A stretch of 64,000 nucleotides of DNA, taken from NCBI GenBank assembly GCA_963768615.1, contig CAVYIE010000002.1:133930-197929 (forward strand), in the 5' to 3' direction. This DNA is from Candidatus Eiseniibacteriota bacterium (GTDB taxonomy: Bacteria; Eisenbacteria; RBG-16-71-46; JABDJR01). Under the pieces are notes generated by a model that saw nothing but the letters and a program-made list of their open reading frames with translations, did no database searches and had not been told where the DNA came from. Below are positions 20,470-30,087 of this stretch, piece after piece (position 1 is the stretch's first letter; each line of letters starts with the position of its first letter). The position numbers were made by a program, and so were the translations under genes.

Positions 20470-22747
20470 ATGAACTCATTCCTGATTCTCGCCACCGTGG
20501 ATCTCGCCCTGGGGGGACTGGTGTTCCTCCTGGGGCTGGTCATCCTGCGCGAGAATCCCCGCCAGAAGCTGAACCGCCTGGTCGCGTTCATGCTCTTCTT
20601 CGGGGGCCTGGGGTCGATCCTGGCCGCCATGGGGTTCCTGGCCCCGGGGCAGATCGCCGGCCCGGCCGGGAACCGCATCCTGCCCCCCGGGATCCTGGGC
20701 CACTTCTCCTACCTGTGGGAGTTCTTCTTCCCCACCCTGCTTCCTCTTCGCCAGCGTGTTCCCCACCGAGCGGGCCTTCACCCGGCGGGTGAGGAGCTTC
20801 GACGTCCTGGTCTTCGTCCCCCACATCTTCCACTTCGTGCTGCTCCTGGGGATCGCGGCCATCGGGCCCCGGGTGGGCGATCTCGGCGTGCACGTCCCCC
20901 ACGTGATCCGGCCCCTGGTGAACCTGGTCGGGCTCCTGTTCGAGCTCTTCCTGGCCATCCACCGGGCGCTGTTCTCCCTGGTCAACATCGGCTACGGCGT
21001 GGCGGGCGCGGTCCTCCTCATCGACAGCTACCGCCGGGCCCGGGTGCCGAGGCTCAAGCAGCAGCTCCGGGTGATCGCGGCCGGCCTCGTCCTCTGCCTC
21101 GCCCTCTACACCTCCGCCTCCTCGGTGCCCACCCTGCTCAATCTCTCCGAGCCGGAGTGGCTGCGCTCGGTGCTCACCATCGCCGCCCTCACCGTGGGCT
21201 CGGGGGCCATCGCCTGGTCCATGGTCCGCTACAAGTTCCTGGACACCAAGCTCCTGGCCCGGCGGGGCATCCTCTACGCGGTGGCCTCGGCGGTGCTGGT
21301 GGGCATCTACCTGGGGGTGGTCCAGCAGCTCAACCTGTTCCTGTCCGGGTTCCTGGCCATGGACACCCGGGTGTTCGAGCCGGTGTTCCTGATCATGGCC
21401 CTCATCCTGTTCCAGCCCGTGCTCGGCCGGCTGGAGGAGCGGCTGGACCTGTTCTTCCTCCGGGACCCCTCCGATTACCGGAACGTGCTCAAGAACCTGG
21501 GCCGGGACCTGTTGACCAAGATCGACCTCGACGACATGCTGGCCGGCTCCATCACCACCGTGGCCGAGGCCCTCATGATCCGGAACGCCTACGTGGTCGC
21601 CCTGGCCCGGGAGGGAGCCATCGTCCACACCGGGGCGGGAAAGCCCCCGGACCCGGGGGACCGGGCCGCCCTCCCCGAGGTCCTGCTCCACCTGGACCAC
21701 GGCATCGAGAGCTTCCGGCTCTACGGACCGGAGGAACAGATGCCCCGCCCCGACCGGGCCTTCCTGGTCAACCGGTTCCACACCTCCCTCCTCATCCCCC
21801 TCCGTTCCAAGGGGGAGACGGTGGGCGCGCTGCTCCTCGGGGACAAGATCACCGGGACCGAATACACCGCCGAGGACGTGAACCTCCTCTCCGCCCTGGC
21901 CGCCCAGATGTCCATCTCGCTCCAGAACGGCCTCCTGCTGCGGGAGCGGGTGGCGGTGGTGCGGATCGAGGAGGAGCTGAACCTGGCCCGGCGGATCCAG
22001 AAGAGCTTCCTCCCCTCCCGGTTCCCCCCCATGGCCCGCTTCGACGTGCACGCGGTCAACACGCCCTCCCGCCAGGTGGGCGGGGACTTCTACGACCTCG
22101 TTCCCACCGGGGACGGGACCTACTACCTGGCCATCGCCGACGTCTCCGGCAAGGGGGTGCCGGCCGCCCTCCTCACCTCCATGCTCCAGGCCTCGCTCCG
22201 CACCCAGGCCGACGCCACCAAGTCGGTCTCCTCCATCCTCGCCAACATCAACTCCCTGGTGGTGCGGAGCACCACCACCGAGCAGTTCGCCACCTTCTTC
22301 CTGGCCCGGCTGGACGAGGCCACCTTGACCATGTCCTTCTCCAACGCCGGGCACAACTACCCGGTCCTGTGCCGGAAGAACGGGGACCGTCTCTACCTCG
22401 AGCGGGGGGGAATGATCCTGGGGATGTTCGAGGGGCTCCGCTTCGAGGAGGAGACCCTGGACCTCTTCCCCGGCGACCGGGTGGTCCTCTACACCGACGG
22501 CATCACCGAGGCGGTGAACGCGAAGGACGACGATTTCGGGGAGGAGCGCCTCGCGGACCTCATCCGGTCCCTTCCCCCGGAGCTCACCGCGCGGGAGATG
22601 ACCGGGCGGATCCTGGATGCGCTGTCGGAGTTCCTGGAGGGCGCCGAGCCCCAGGACGACATCACGGTGATGGTGCTCCGGGTGCTCGAACCCTCCGAGA
22701 CCCTGGAGACCGCGCCCCGGGAGCGGGTGGGGGTGGACGCCCGGTAG
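20470..22747 (+). CDS. Membrane-bound PP2C-family (SpoIIE/RsbU-like) serine phosphatase with N-terminal multi-TM sensor domain and GAF-like domain; reading frame interrupted near 20736-20746
   Basis: Frame 1 from 20470 gives ~95 aa of plausible TM helices, then degenerates into Arg/Pro junk. Frame 2 from ~20740 continues with TM helices, then a PP2C domain (GGDFYD, AIADVSGKGVPAAL, YTDGITEA). A +1 shift in the 'ctgcttcctcttcgcc' stretch reconnects them. Confidence 0.7.
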
Positions 22748-22781
22748 CCCGCGGCCCTTCGGCCCCCGGCCGCTGAACGAG

Positions 22782-22820
22782 ACCGGCCGGGACCCCTGGG
22801 GATCCCGGCCCGGTTTGCTT
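22782..22820. terminator. Bidirectional terminator-like hairpin between convergent genes
   Basis: accggccggga-[cccctgggga]-tcccggcccggt, followed by ttgctt. Confidence 0.4.
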
Positions 22821-22854
22821 CCGTGGACGATCCGGCCGCCGGCCGTCCGGCGCG

Positions 22855-23256
22855 CTAGCCGCGGTCCAGCTCGCGCTTGTAGGCTTCCTTGCCCTCGGCG
22901 AGGGCGCCCTTGACCGCCTCCACCTGGTTCTTGGCGGTGGAGGTCACCTTCTGGGACTTCTCGCGGGCGTACTCACCGGCCTCGTGGGCCTTTTCCTTCG
23001 CCAGCTGGCCGTACTCGTGGGCCTTCTCCTCCACCGTCTCCACTCCGCGGTCCCAGGACTCGTGACCCTTCGTGTAGAGGTCCGAGGACTTGTCCCGGAT
23101 CTTCCGGCGCGTCACCTCGCCCTTGTCCGGGGCGAGCAACAGCGCCGTGACCCCACCGGCCAGGGCGCCGAACAAGAAGGCCACCAAGGTATCCGTGTTC
23201 TTTGCCAAGGTACACCCACCTTCCTTTCTCAAGGTTTCATCGTTTTCCGAAATCAT
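22855..23256 (-). CDS. YtxH-domain protein (general stress, N-terminal membrane anchor)
   Basis: FLFGALAGGVTALLLAPDKGEVTRRKIRDKSSD is the YtxH signature, followed by a Lys/Glu-rich helical tail. Alternative TTG start 36 nt downstream has a strong AAGGAAGGTGG RBS. Confidence 0.7.
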   Translation of the reverse strand: MISENDETLRKEGGCTLAKNTDTLVAFLFGALAGGVTALLLAPDKGEVTRRKIRDKSSDLYTKGHESWDRGVETVEEKAHEYGQLAKEKAHEAGEYAREKSQKVTSTAKNQVEAVKGALAEGKEAYKRELDRG

Positions 23257-23275
23257 CCGCCGCCGGCAAACCGCC

Positions 23276-23656
23276 TCAGTGACGACGGTCCCGCAGGGCG
23301 CTCATGGCCACCTTCGCTCCGGTCACCGCCGCGTTCACGTGGCGGAGAGAGTAGGTGAGGGCGGAAACCTGGGAGACCAGGGGCAGGATCGCCCGGCGAA
23401 CCTCGCCGCTCACGTCCTCCACGTCCCCGGCCATGTGGTCCACCCTCTCGGTGATCGACCGGATCTCCACCAGCTCCCCGTCCAGGTTCTCCAGGATGTG
23501 GTCGATCCTGGGCCGGATGAAGTTGATGTACTGCACCGTGCGTTCCAGCCGGTCCAGGACCGACTTGAACTGCCCGGCAAGCCGGATGGTGAAGATCGCG
23601 CTGAGCACGACCCCGAGAGCGATGACCAGAATGGCGATCTGGACTGCCAGTTCCAT
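23276..23656 (-). CDS. DUF948-family membrane protein
   Basis: N-terminal TM helix then helical domain. Commonly paired with YtxH-domain genes. Confidence 0.65.
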   Translation of the reverse strand: MELAVQIAILVIALGVVLSAIFTIRLAGQFKSVLDRLERTVQYINFIRPRIDHILENLDGELVEIRSITERVDHMAGDVEDVSGEVRRAILPLVSQVSALTYSLRHVNAAVTGAKVAMSALRDRRH

Positions 23657-23852
23657 GAAGAACTCCCGTCGGGGGTCTCGGATGAGCGCTTTGGAGACCT
23701 AAACAAGGAAAACGTTTCAATCGAGCGATTGATCAGAGCCTACCACGTCGATCCTCGGCTTTCAAACCGGCGGCGGGGCACGGGTGGGGATGGGGGGGAT
23801 CCACCGCCCGGACGGCCGGCGCCCGGACGGTGGAGCGGCAAGGCGACCGGGG

Positions 23853-24824
23853 TCAGTCGGTTTTGACCACCTTGACCGTTTCCGCCCCGCCCGGCGCCGA
23901 CACCCGGACCAGGTACACGCCGGCCGGGAGGAGCCGGCCGTACCCGTCCCGGCCGTCCCAGGCCAGGGTGTGATCGCCGGGGGGGAAGGACCCCGAGGCG
24001 AGGATCCGGACCCTGCGGCCGGCCGGATCGAGGACCCCGGCGCGGACCTCGCCCGCCCCGGCCAGCCGGAACCGGATCACCGATCCGGAGCGGAAGGGGT
24101 TGGGGACCGCGCGCAGGGCCAGCCCCGGGGTCCGCGCCCGGGATCCGTCCCCGGGGACCCCGGTGGCTTCGGCCTGGACCATCACCGACCCGGTCATCCC
24201 CATGAATTCGTGGGGGATGCAGAAGTAGGGGAAGCTCCCGGCCTGGCTGAAGGTGTAGCTGAAGCTGGGATGGGCGGCGTCGAGGGGACTGTTCCAGAGG
24301 GCCCCCGGGTTGTCGGCGGGTTGGGAGGAGGCGCCGCTGGTGGTGGTATGGCTGCCGTCCACCCAGAGCCAGGTCACCGTATCCCCGGTCCGCACCGTGA
24401 CCGTGGCGGGGCTGAAGGCGTAGTTCCCGGTCCGGACGAAGGCGGTGTCGCCGGTCACCGTGACCGAACCCCTCATGCCCATCAGCTCGTGGGGGCGGCA
24501 GAAGTAGGGGTAGTCCCCGGGGGTGTCGAAGACGTAGGAGAAATCCGTATTCACCGAGTTGATGGAAGCGTCGAACAAGGCCCCCGGGTCGTCGGCGGGC
24601 TGGGAAGACGCCCCGCTGGTCACGGTGTGCGACCCCGACTCCCACTGCCAGCGCACGGTGTCCCCGCGGGATACCGTGATCGAGGCGGGCGAGAACTCGT
24701 AGTTGCGCACGGTGACGGTGGCGGTGGCGGCGAAAGCGGCGGCGGGGGCGAGAAGGGCGGCGATCGCGGCCGGCAGCAGCCGGGCCGCGGCCGACCGGAG
24801 AGCGGACGCGATGCGGGTGTCCAT
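23853..24824 (-). CDS. Secreted tandem-cupredoxin (two amicyanin/plastocyanin-like type-1 copper domains) protein with T9SS C-terminal sorting domain
   Basis: Signal peptide. Two repeats each with GSHT...YFC-x-PHE-x-MGM (His/Cys/His/Met type-1 Cu ligands, C-x2-H-x2-M spacing). C-terminus ...VPNPFRSGSVIRFRL...GVLDPAGRRVRIL...LAWDGRD...AGVYLVRV matches the Por/T9SS CTD pattern. Start placed at ATG 24824 with a GGAGGAGG RBS. Confidence 0.8.
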   Translation of the reverse strand: MDTRIASALRSAAARLLPAAIAALLAPAAAFAATATVTVRNYEFSPASITVSRGDTVRWQWESGSHTVTSGASSQPADDPGALFDASINSVNTDFSYVFDTPGDYPYFCRPHELMGMRGSVTVTGDTAFVRTGNYAFSPATVTVRTGDTVTWLWVDGSHTTTSGASSQPADNPGALWNSPLDAAHPSFSYTFSQAGSFPYFCIPHEFMGMTGSVMVQAEATGVPGDGSRARTPGLALRAVPNPFRSGSVIRFRLAGAGEVRAGVLDPAGRRVRILASGSFPPGDHTLAWDGRDGYGRLLPAGVYLVRVSAPGGAETVKVVKTD

Positions 24825-25076
24825 GTGGTTCCTCCTCCACGGTGGGGTGGGAACACGCCTGCCGGGCCCGGGACCGGGTGGTGGCCCGGCCCGGCGACGT
24901 GTTCCTCTCGTTCCGTGGACGGGGCCCCGGGCGGCCTGATACATGGCCCGGTGCGATCCCTTCCGGAGCGGGCGCCGGGGGCGAATCACCGGGACCGCCT
25001 CCCGCCTCCCCGCGTGCTAGGCTCGACGTATCGAGCACCCTCCCCCCGGCCGTCATCAGACAATGATCGGAGCACC

Positions 25077-26150
25077 ATGCCGTCCGAAGCCCCCCGGATC
25101 GCCTCCCTGGCCACCGCGCTTCCCCCCCACCGGATGTCCCAGGCCGAGGCCCGGGAGGGAGCCCGCCGGCTCTTCGCCGGCCTTCCCGAGCTGGACCGGC
25201 TGCTCGGGGTCTTCGACCGGTCCGGGGTCGAGTCCCGGGCGCTGGTCCACCCCCGGGACTGGTACCTGGAACCCCGCCCCTTCGGGGAGCGGAACCGGGA
25301 GTACCTCCGCGCCGCCCTGGAACTGGGCGGGCGGGCGGTGGCCGAGGCCCTGGACCAGGCGGGGATCGCCCCGGACCGGGTGGACGCCTTCGTCTTCACC
25401 ACCACCACCGGCCTCGCCACTCCCAGCGTGGACGCCCGGCTGGCCGCCGCCCTGGGCTTCCGGCCCGGCGTGCGGCGGATTCCCCTCTTCGGGCTGGGAT
25501 GCGCGGGGGGGGCGGCGGCGGTCGCCCTCGCCGCGGACCGCCTGCGGGAACGGCCCGGGGAGACGGTGGTGGTGCTCTCGGTGGAACTCTGCAGCCTGAC
25601 CCTCCTCATGGAGGAGGCCAGCAAGGTCAATCTCGTGGGCACCGCCCTGTTCGGGGACGGGGCGGCGGCGGCGGTGCTCACCGCGGGCTCGGGGGACCCG
25701 GCGGGGGGCCGCCGCGGACCGCGCGTCCTCGCCTCCGAATCCCACCTCTTCCCCGGCACCGGCGGCCTCATGGGCTGGGACTTCTCGGAACGGGGCTTCG
25801 GGCTGGTGCTCTCCACCCGGGTCCCCGCCTTCATCCACGAGGCGTTCCCGGAGGTGGCGCGCCGGTTCCTGGCCGGGCAGGGGGTGGCGCCGGAACAGAT
25901 GACCCGCTTCGCCCTCCACCCGGGGGGGAGGCAGGTCCTGGCCGCCTACCGCCGGGGCCTCGGGTTGACGGACGGGGACCTCCGGGCGAGCACCGAGTCC
26001 CTGCGCCGGAACGGCAACCTGTCCTCGGCCGCGGTGCTCTTCGCCCTGGCCGAGCTGGACCGGGGGCCGGAGCCGGAGCCGGGGGAGTACGGCCTCATGG
26101 CCGCCATGGGGCCGGGGTTCGCCTCCGAGCTCCTGCTCCTCGGCTGGTGA
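25077..26150 (+). CDS. Type III polyketide synthase (chalcone/stilbene synthase superfamily)
   Basis: 357 aa. Active-site region LFGLGCAGGAAAV (Cys), HPGG (His), GNLSSAAV (Asn); KAS III-like fold order. Confidence 0.85.
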   Translation: MPSEAPRIASLATALPPHRMSQAEAREGARRLFAGLPELDRLLGVFDRSGVESRALVHPRDWYLEPRPFGERNREYLRAALELGGRAVAEALDQAGIAPDRVDAFVFTTTTGLATPSVDARLAAALGFRPGVRRIPLFGLGCAGGAAAVALAADRLRERPGETVVVLSVELCSLTLLMEEASKVNLVGTALFGDGAAAAVLTAGSGDPAGGRRGPRVLASESHLFPGTGGLMGWDFSERGFGLVLSTRVPAFIHEAFPEVARRFLAGQGVAPEQMTRFALHPGGRQVLAAYRRGLGLTDGDLRASTESLRRNGNLSSAAVLFALAELDRGPEPEPGEYGLMAAMGPGFASELLLLGW

Positions 26151-26207
26151 CCGCCGGCCGGCCGCGGGCCGGACGGCCCCGCCGGACCGGGAACCACGGC
26201 GCCCCGG

Positions 26208-27221
26208 TCAGCGGCGGCGTTCGAGCGCCGAGGCCACCAGCCGCTCGACCAGATCCCCGTAGCTCATGCCGCGGGCCCCGGCGGCCATGGGGACCAGGCT
26301 GGTCTCGGTCATGCCGGGCACGGTGTTGACCTCCAGGCAGTAGAGACCGCCGTCGGGGGCCAGCCGGAAGTCCACCCGGGCCACCCCGGCGCAGCCCAGG
26401 GCGTCGTAGGCCACCGCGCCCAGGCGGGAGGCCTCGGCCGCGGCCTCCCCGGACACCCGGGCCGGCACCTCGTAGCGGGTGTGCCCCTTGGTGTACTTGT
26501 GGCGATAGTCGTAGAAGCCGGCTTCGGGAATGATCTCGACCAGCGGGAGGGGCTCGCCGTCCAGCACCGCCACCGTCACCTCGCGCCCGGGGATGAACCG
26601 TTCCACCAGGACCGGGCCGTAGCCGAAGGCGTCCTCCAGGGCCGGCTCCAGGTCCGCGGCCCGCTCCACGATGTGCACCCCCACGCTCGATCCCTGGGCG
26701 TTGGGTTTCACCACCACCGGGTATCCGCCCAGGGCGTCCACGTCCGGGCGCACGCCCCGGTGGCTCAGGAAGGCGCTGTCGGGGGTGGGCACGCCGGCGG
26801 AGCGAAGCATCATCTTGGCCCGCTGCTTGTCCATGGCCAGGGCGCTGGCCAGCATGCCCGAGCCGGTGTAGGGCACCCCGGCCAGGTCGAGGAGGGCCTG
26901 GAGGGTGCCGTCCTCCCCGATCCCCCCGTGCAGGGCCACGAAGACCACCTCCGCCGCCCCCAGCTCGGGGCTCCGGGCCAGGGCCAGGTTGCGCTCCCCG
27001 GCCGGACCGTCGGGGACCCGTCCGCCCTTCCCGCCCCCGGCCGGGGCCTCGGCGATGGCGTGCCCCTCCAGGGCGTCCAGGGCCAGCCGCCGGCCCGGGG
27101 CCGGGTCCAGGGGGACCACCTCGTGCCCGGCCGCGGCCAGCGCGCGGGCGATCCCTCGCCCGGTGGCCAGGCTCACGTCCCGCTCCATGCTGCTGCCGCC
27201 CATCAGAACCAGGATCCGCAT
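26208..27221 (-). CDS. ddl: D-alanine--D-alanine ligase
   Basis: 337 aa, ATP-grasp. Conserved ddl motifs (GGSSMERDVSLATG, VALHGGIGEDGTLQ, EVNTVPGMT). Confidence 0.95.
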   Translation of the reverse strand: MRILVLMGGSSMERDVSLATGRGIARALAAAGHEVVPLDPAPGRRLALDALEGHAIAEAPAGGGKGGRVPDGPAGERNLALARSPELGAAEVVFVALHGGIGEDGTLQALLDLAGVPYTGSGMLASALAMDKQRAKMMLRSAGVPTPDSAFLSHRGVRPDVDALGGYPVVVKPNAQGSSVGVHIVERAADLEPALEDAFGYGPVLVERFIPGREVTVAVLDGEPLPLVEIIPEAGFYDYRHKYTKGHTRYEVPARVSGEAAAEASRLGAVAYDALGCAGVARVDFRLAPDGGLYCLEVNTVPGMTETSLVPMAAGARGMSYGDLVERLVASALERRR

Positions 27222-27282
27222 GCGCTCCCTCTCCCCTGTCGATTCCCGCCCGGGTTCCGCCGGAGGCCGGCCCGGGCGCCGG

Positions 27283-27777
27283 TCATCCCTCCCGGATGGA
27301 GACCAGGACCACCGCCGAGGCGGCCGCCCCCTCTCCGCTTCCGATGAACCCCATCCCCTCGGTGGTGGTGGCCTTGATGCCCACCCGGTCGGCGGGGAGG
27401 TTCAGGACCTCGGCCAGCCGGGCCCGCATCTCGTCCAGGTACGGGGAGAGCTTGGGGGCCTCCAGATAGAGGATGCAGTCCACCTGCTCCGGGCGGGCCC
27501 CCTTGTGCTGGAGGAGCACCAGGGTGTGGCGGAGGAGGTCCAGGCTGTCGGCGTCCTTCCAGCGGGGCTCCCCGGGGGGGAAGTGGCGGCCGATGTCGCC
27601 CAGGGCCACCGACCCCAGGAGGGCGTCGATGACGGCGTGGGTGAGAACGTCGGCGTCGGAGTGGCCGGCCAGGCCGCGGGGGTGGTCGATGCGCACCCCG
27701 CCCAGGACGAGCAGCCGTCCGCCCGCGAACCGGTGGGCGTCGAATCCATGTCCGACCCGGAACGGTAACGCGCTCAT
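27283..27777 (-). CDS. ispF: 2-C-methyl-D-erythritol 2,4-cyclodiphosphate synthase
   Basis: GHGFDAHRF...GHSDADVLTHA...DIG motifs. Start at ATG 27777; the longer listed ORF upstream is junk. Confidence 0.9.
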   Translation of the reverse strand: MSALPFRVGHGFDAHRFAGGRLLVLGGVRIDHPRGLAGHSDADVLTHAVIDALLGSVALGDIGRHFPPGEPRWKDADSLDLLRHTLVLLQHKGARPEQVDCILYLEAPKLSPYLDEMRARLAEVLNLPADRVGIKATTTEGMGFIGSGEGAAASAVVLVSIREG

Positions 27778-27833
27778 GCTCCCTCCTCGACTGGCCGGAG
27801 ACGGGCCCCGCCCGCCTCGGGACTCCGGCCGGG

Positions 27834-28547
27834 CTAGTCCGCCGGGTCCTCCCGGTATCCCCGCATCCGGAGCACCGCCTCGGCCAGGCGGAGATCCTCC
27901 GGGTAGGTGACCTTGAAGTTGGTGACCTCCCCCTCGATCCAGCTCACGGGATGGTTGATCCGGAGGAGGAGCGAGGCCTCGTCGGTGCCCCGGTAGTGTT
28001 CGGCCCGGGCCCGCTGGTGGGCGTACTCCAGCACCGGACGGTGGAAACCCTGGGGGGTCTGCACGGCCAGGAGCTCGGAGCGGTCCATGTAGGCCTTGAG
28101 CCAGGCCTCGAAGCCGATCCGGGCCACGCTGTCCCGTAGGGGCAGGGCCGGGACCACCGACTCGCCGCCGTCCAGGGTGTCCAGGACCCGGGTGATCAGG
28201 TTCCCGCTGACCAGGGGCCGGGCCGCGTCGTGGACGATCACCCAGTGCGGATTGCCGGACAGGGCGTCGATCCCGTTCCCCACCGAGTCCTGGCGTTCGG
28301 CCCCGCCTTCCACCAGCTCCACGTCGCGCCGGAGCCGGAGCGGGGCCAGCACCCGGGTCCGGTACTCCTCCACCTTGCCCGGGGGCACCACCACGATCCG
28401 CTCCACGATCTGGTGGAAGTCGTCGAAGGCGAGCAGGGTCCAGGCCAGCAGGGGGTGGCCGAGAAGCGGAACCAGGGCCTTGTCCCGGCCGTGGCCGAGC
28501 CGGGCCCCCCGGCCCGCGGCCACGATAATGAGCCCGACATCGGTCAT
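27834..28547 (-). CDS. ispD: 2-C-methyl-D-erythritol 4-phosphate cytidylyltransferase
   Basis: IIVAAGRGARLG...DKALVPL N-terminus, 237 aa. Separate from ispF. Confidence 0.9.
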   Translation of the reverse strand: MTDVGLIIVAAGRGARLGHGRDKALVPLLGHPLLAWTLLAFDDFHQIVERIVVVPPGKVEEYRTRVLAPLRLRRDVELVEGGAERQDSVGNGIDALSGNPHWVIVHDAARPLVSGNLITRVLDTLDGGESVVPALPLRDSVARIGFEAWLKAYMDRSELLAVQTPQGFHRPVLEYAHQRARAEHYRGTDEASLLLRINHPVSWIEGEVTNFKVTYPEDLRLAEAVLRMRGYREDPAD

Positions 28548-30007
28548 CGCGCCCGGTCTCCTCTGGTGCGGCCGAACCGTTCCGGGGCGGACCGGCGTTC
28601 CCGCGGGCGGTCTCCCGCGGGCCCGGGCCCGGCCTCCCCCGGCATCCCCAGGACCTTCTCCAGTGCCTCATCCACCCGGGAAACGGGGATGAGTTCCAGG
28701 GGACTCCCATCCATTTCATCGGCCCCCCGGGCCGGGACCACCGCCCGCTTGAAGCCCAGCTTGGCCGCCTCGTGGACCCTTCGGGGCACCTGCCCCACGC
28801 GCCGCACCTCCCCTCCCAGGCCCAGCTCCCCCACCGCCACCATCCCCGGATCCAGGGGCAGGTCGTGGTAGGAGGAGGCCACGGCCAGGACCAGGGCCAG
28901 GTCGACCGCCGGCTCGGCGATCCGGAAGCCTCCGGCCACGTTCACGAACACGTCCCGGGCGGAGAAGTCCAACCCCGCCCGCTTCTCGAGCACGGCCAGC
29001 AGCACGGCCAGGCGCTTGGAGTCCACCCCGGTGGCCACCCGGCGGGGCACGCTGAATCCGGCTCCGGCCACCAGGGCCTGGACCTCGAGCAGGATGGGCC
29101 GGGTTCCCTCCAGGGCCACCACCACCGCCGAGCCGGACATTCCCTCCCGGCGCTCCTCGAGCAGGAACTGGGAGGGATTCTCCACCGCCCGCAGTCCGGT
29201 GTCGCCCATCTCGAACACCCCCACCTCGTGGGTGGGACCGAACCGGTTCTTGGCCGCCCGCAGCACCCGGTAGTGGTGGAAGCGGTCCCCCTCCAGGTAG
29301 AGCACCGCATCCACCATGTGCTCCATGACCCGGGGGCCGGCCACCGTCCCTTCCTTGGTCACGTGGCCGACCAGGAGGACGGGGATCTGGCTCTGCTTGG
29401 CCAGCTCCATGAAGTAGAGGGTGTTGTCGCGGACCTGGCTCACCGTGCCCGGCGCCCCGCCCGCCTCGCCCCGGTGCAGGGTCTGGACCGAATCCACGAT
29501 GATGGCGTCCACCTCGGCGTCCTCCACCGCCGCCGCCACCGCCTCCAGGCGGGTCGCGGCCAGGACCTGGATCCGGGGATCGATCTCCTCCAGGCGCCGG
29601 CTGCGGAGCCGGAGCTGGCGCTCGGATTCCTCGGCGCTCACGTAGAGCACCGAGAGCCCCCGGCCGGCGTAGGCCGAGGCGGCCTGGAGGAGCAGGGTGG
29701 ACTTGCCCACCCCCGGGTCCCCGGCCACCAGGACCAGGCTGCCCGGCACCAACCCGCCCCCCAGCACCCGGTCGAACTCCCCGATTCCGGTCTGATAGCG
29801 GGGAAGATTCTCGGTATCGATCTCCCCCAGGCGCTTGAGCGGCGCCGGCGGAGCCGGAGCCCGCCGGCCGGCCGGGCGCCGGCCCGGCCTCTCGTCCACC
29901 TGCTTCTGATCGAAGGTGTTCCAGGCCTGGCACTGCGGGCACCGCCCCAGCCACTTGGGGGAGGCGTGGCCGCACTCGCGGCATACGAACTGCGTCTTGA
30001 CCTTCAT
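28544..30007 (-). CDS. radA: DNA repair protein RadA/Sms
   Basis: N-terminal C4 zinc finger (CRECGHASPKWLGRCPQCQAWN), RecA-like ATPase (GDPGVGKST), KNRFG motif, Lon-like C-terminal domain. 4-nt overlap with ispD. Confidence 0.95.
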   Translation of the reverse strand: MKVKTQFVCRECGHASPKWLGRCPQCQAWNTFDQKQVDERPGRRPAGRRAPAPPAPLKRLGEIDTENLPRYQTGIGEFDRVLGGGLVPGSLVLVAGDPGVGKSTLLLQAASAYAGRGLSVLYVSAEESERQLRLRSRRLEEIDPRIQVLAATRLEAVAAAVEDAEVDAIIVDSVQTLHRGEAGGAPGTVSQVRDNTLYFMELAKQSQIPVLLVGHVTKEGTVAGPRVMEHMVDAVLYLEGDRFHHYRVLRAAKNRFGPTHEVGVFEMGDTGLRAVENPSQFLLEERREGMSGSAVVVALEGTRPILLEVQALVAGAGFSVPRRVATGVDSKRLAVLLAVLEKRAGLDFSARDVFVNVAGGFRIAEPAVDLALVLAVASSYHDLPLDPGMVAVGELGLGGEVRRVGQVPRRVHEAAKLGFKRAVVPARGADEMDGSPLELIPVSRVDEALEKVLGMPGEAGPGPAGDRPRERRSAPERFGRTRGDRAR

Positions 30008-30087
30008 TCCGGCTCCAAGTCCGACGGGGGAGTCCAGGGGAGGGGACGAAAGGAGTGTACGGGACGGGACCGGAGGGTGGAAGGCGG

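Noticed and set aside
20588-22354. 588-aa minus-strand ORF antisense to the PP2C phosphatase gene
   Set aside because: Antisense artefact; no motifs.
23784-25076. N-terminal 430 aa of the long plus-strand ORF leading into the type III PKS, and the 438-aa ORF 23740-25056
   Set aside because: Antisense/out-of-frame to the cupredoxin gene, Gly/Arg-rich. The PKS has its own ATG (25077) with RBS.
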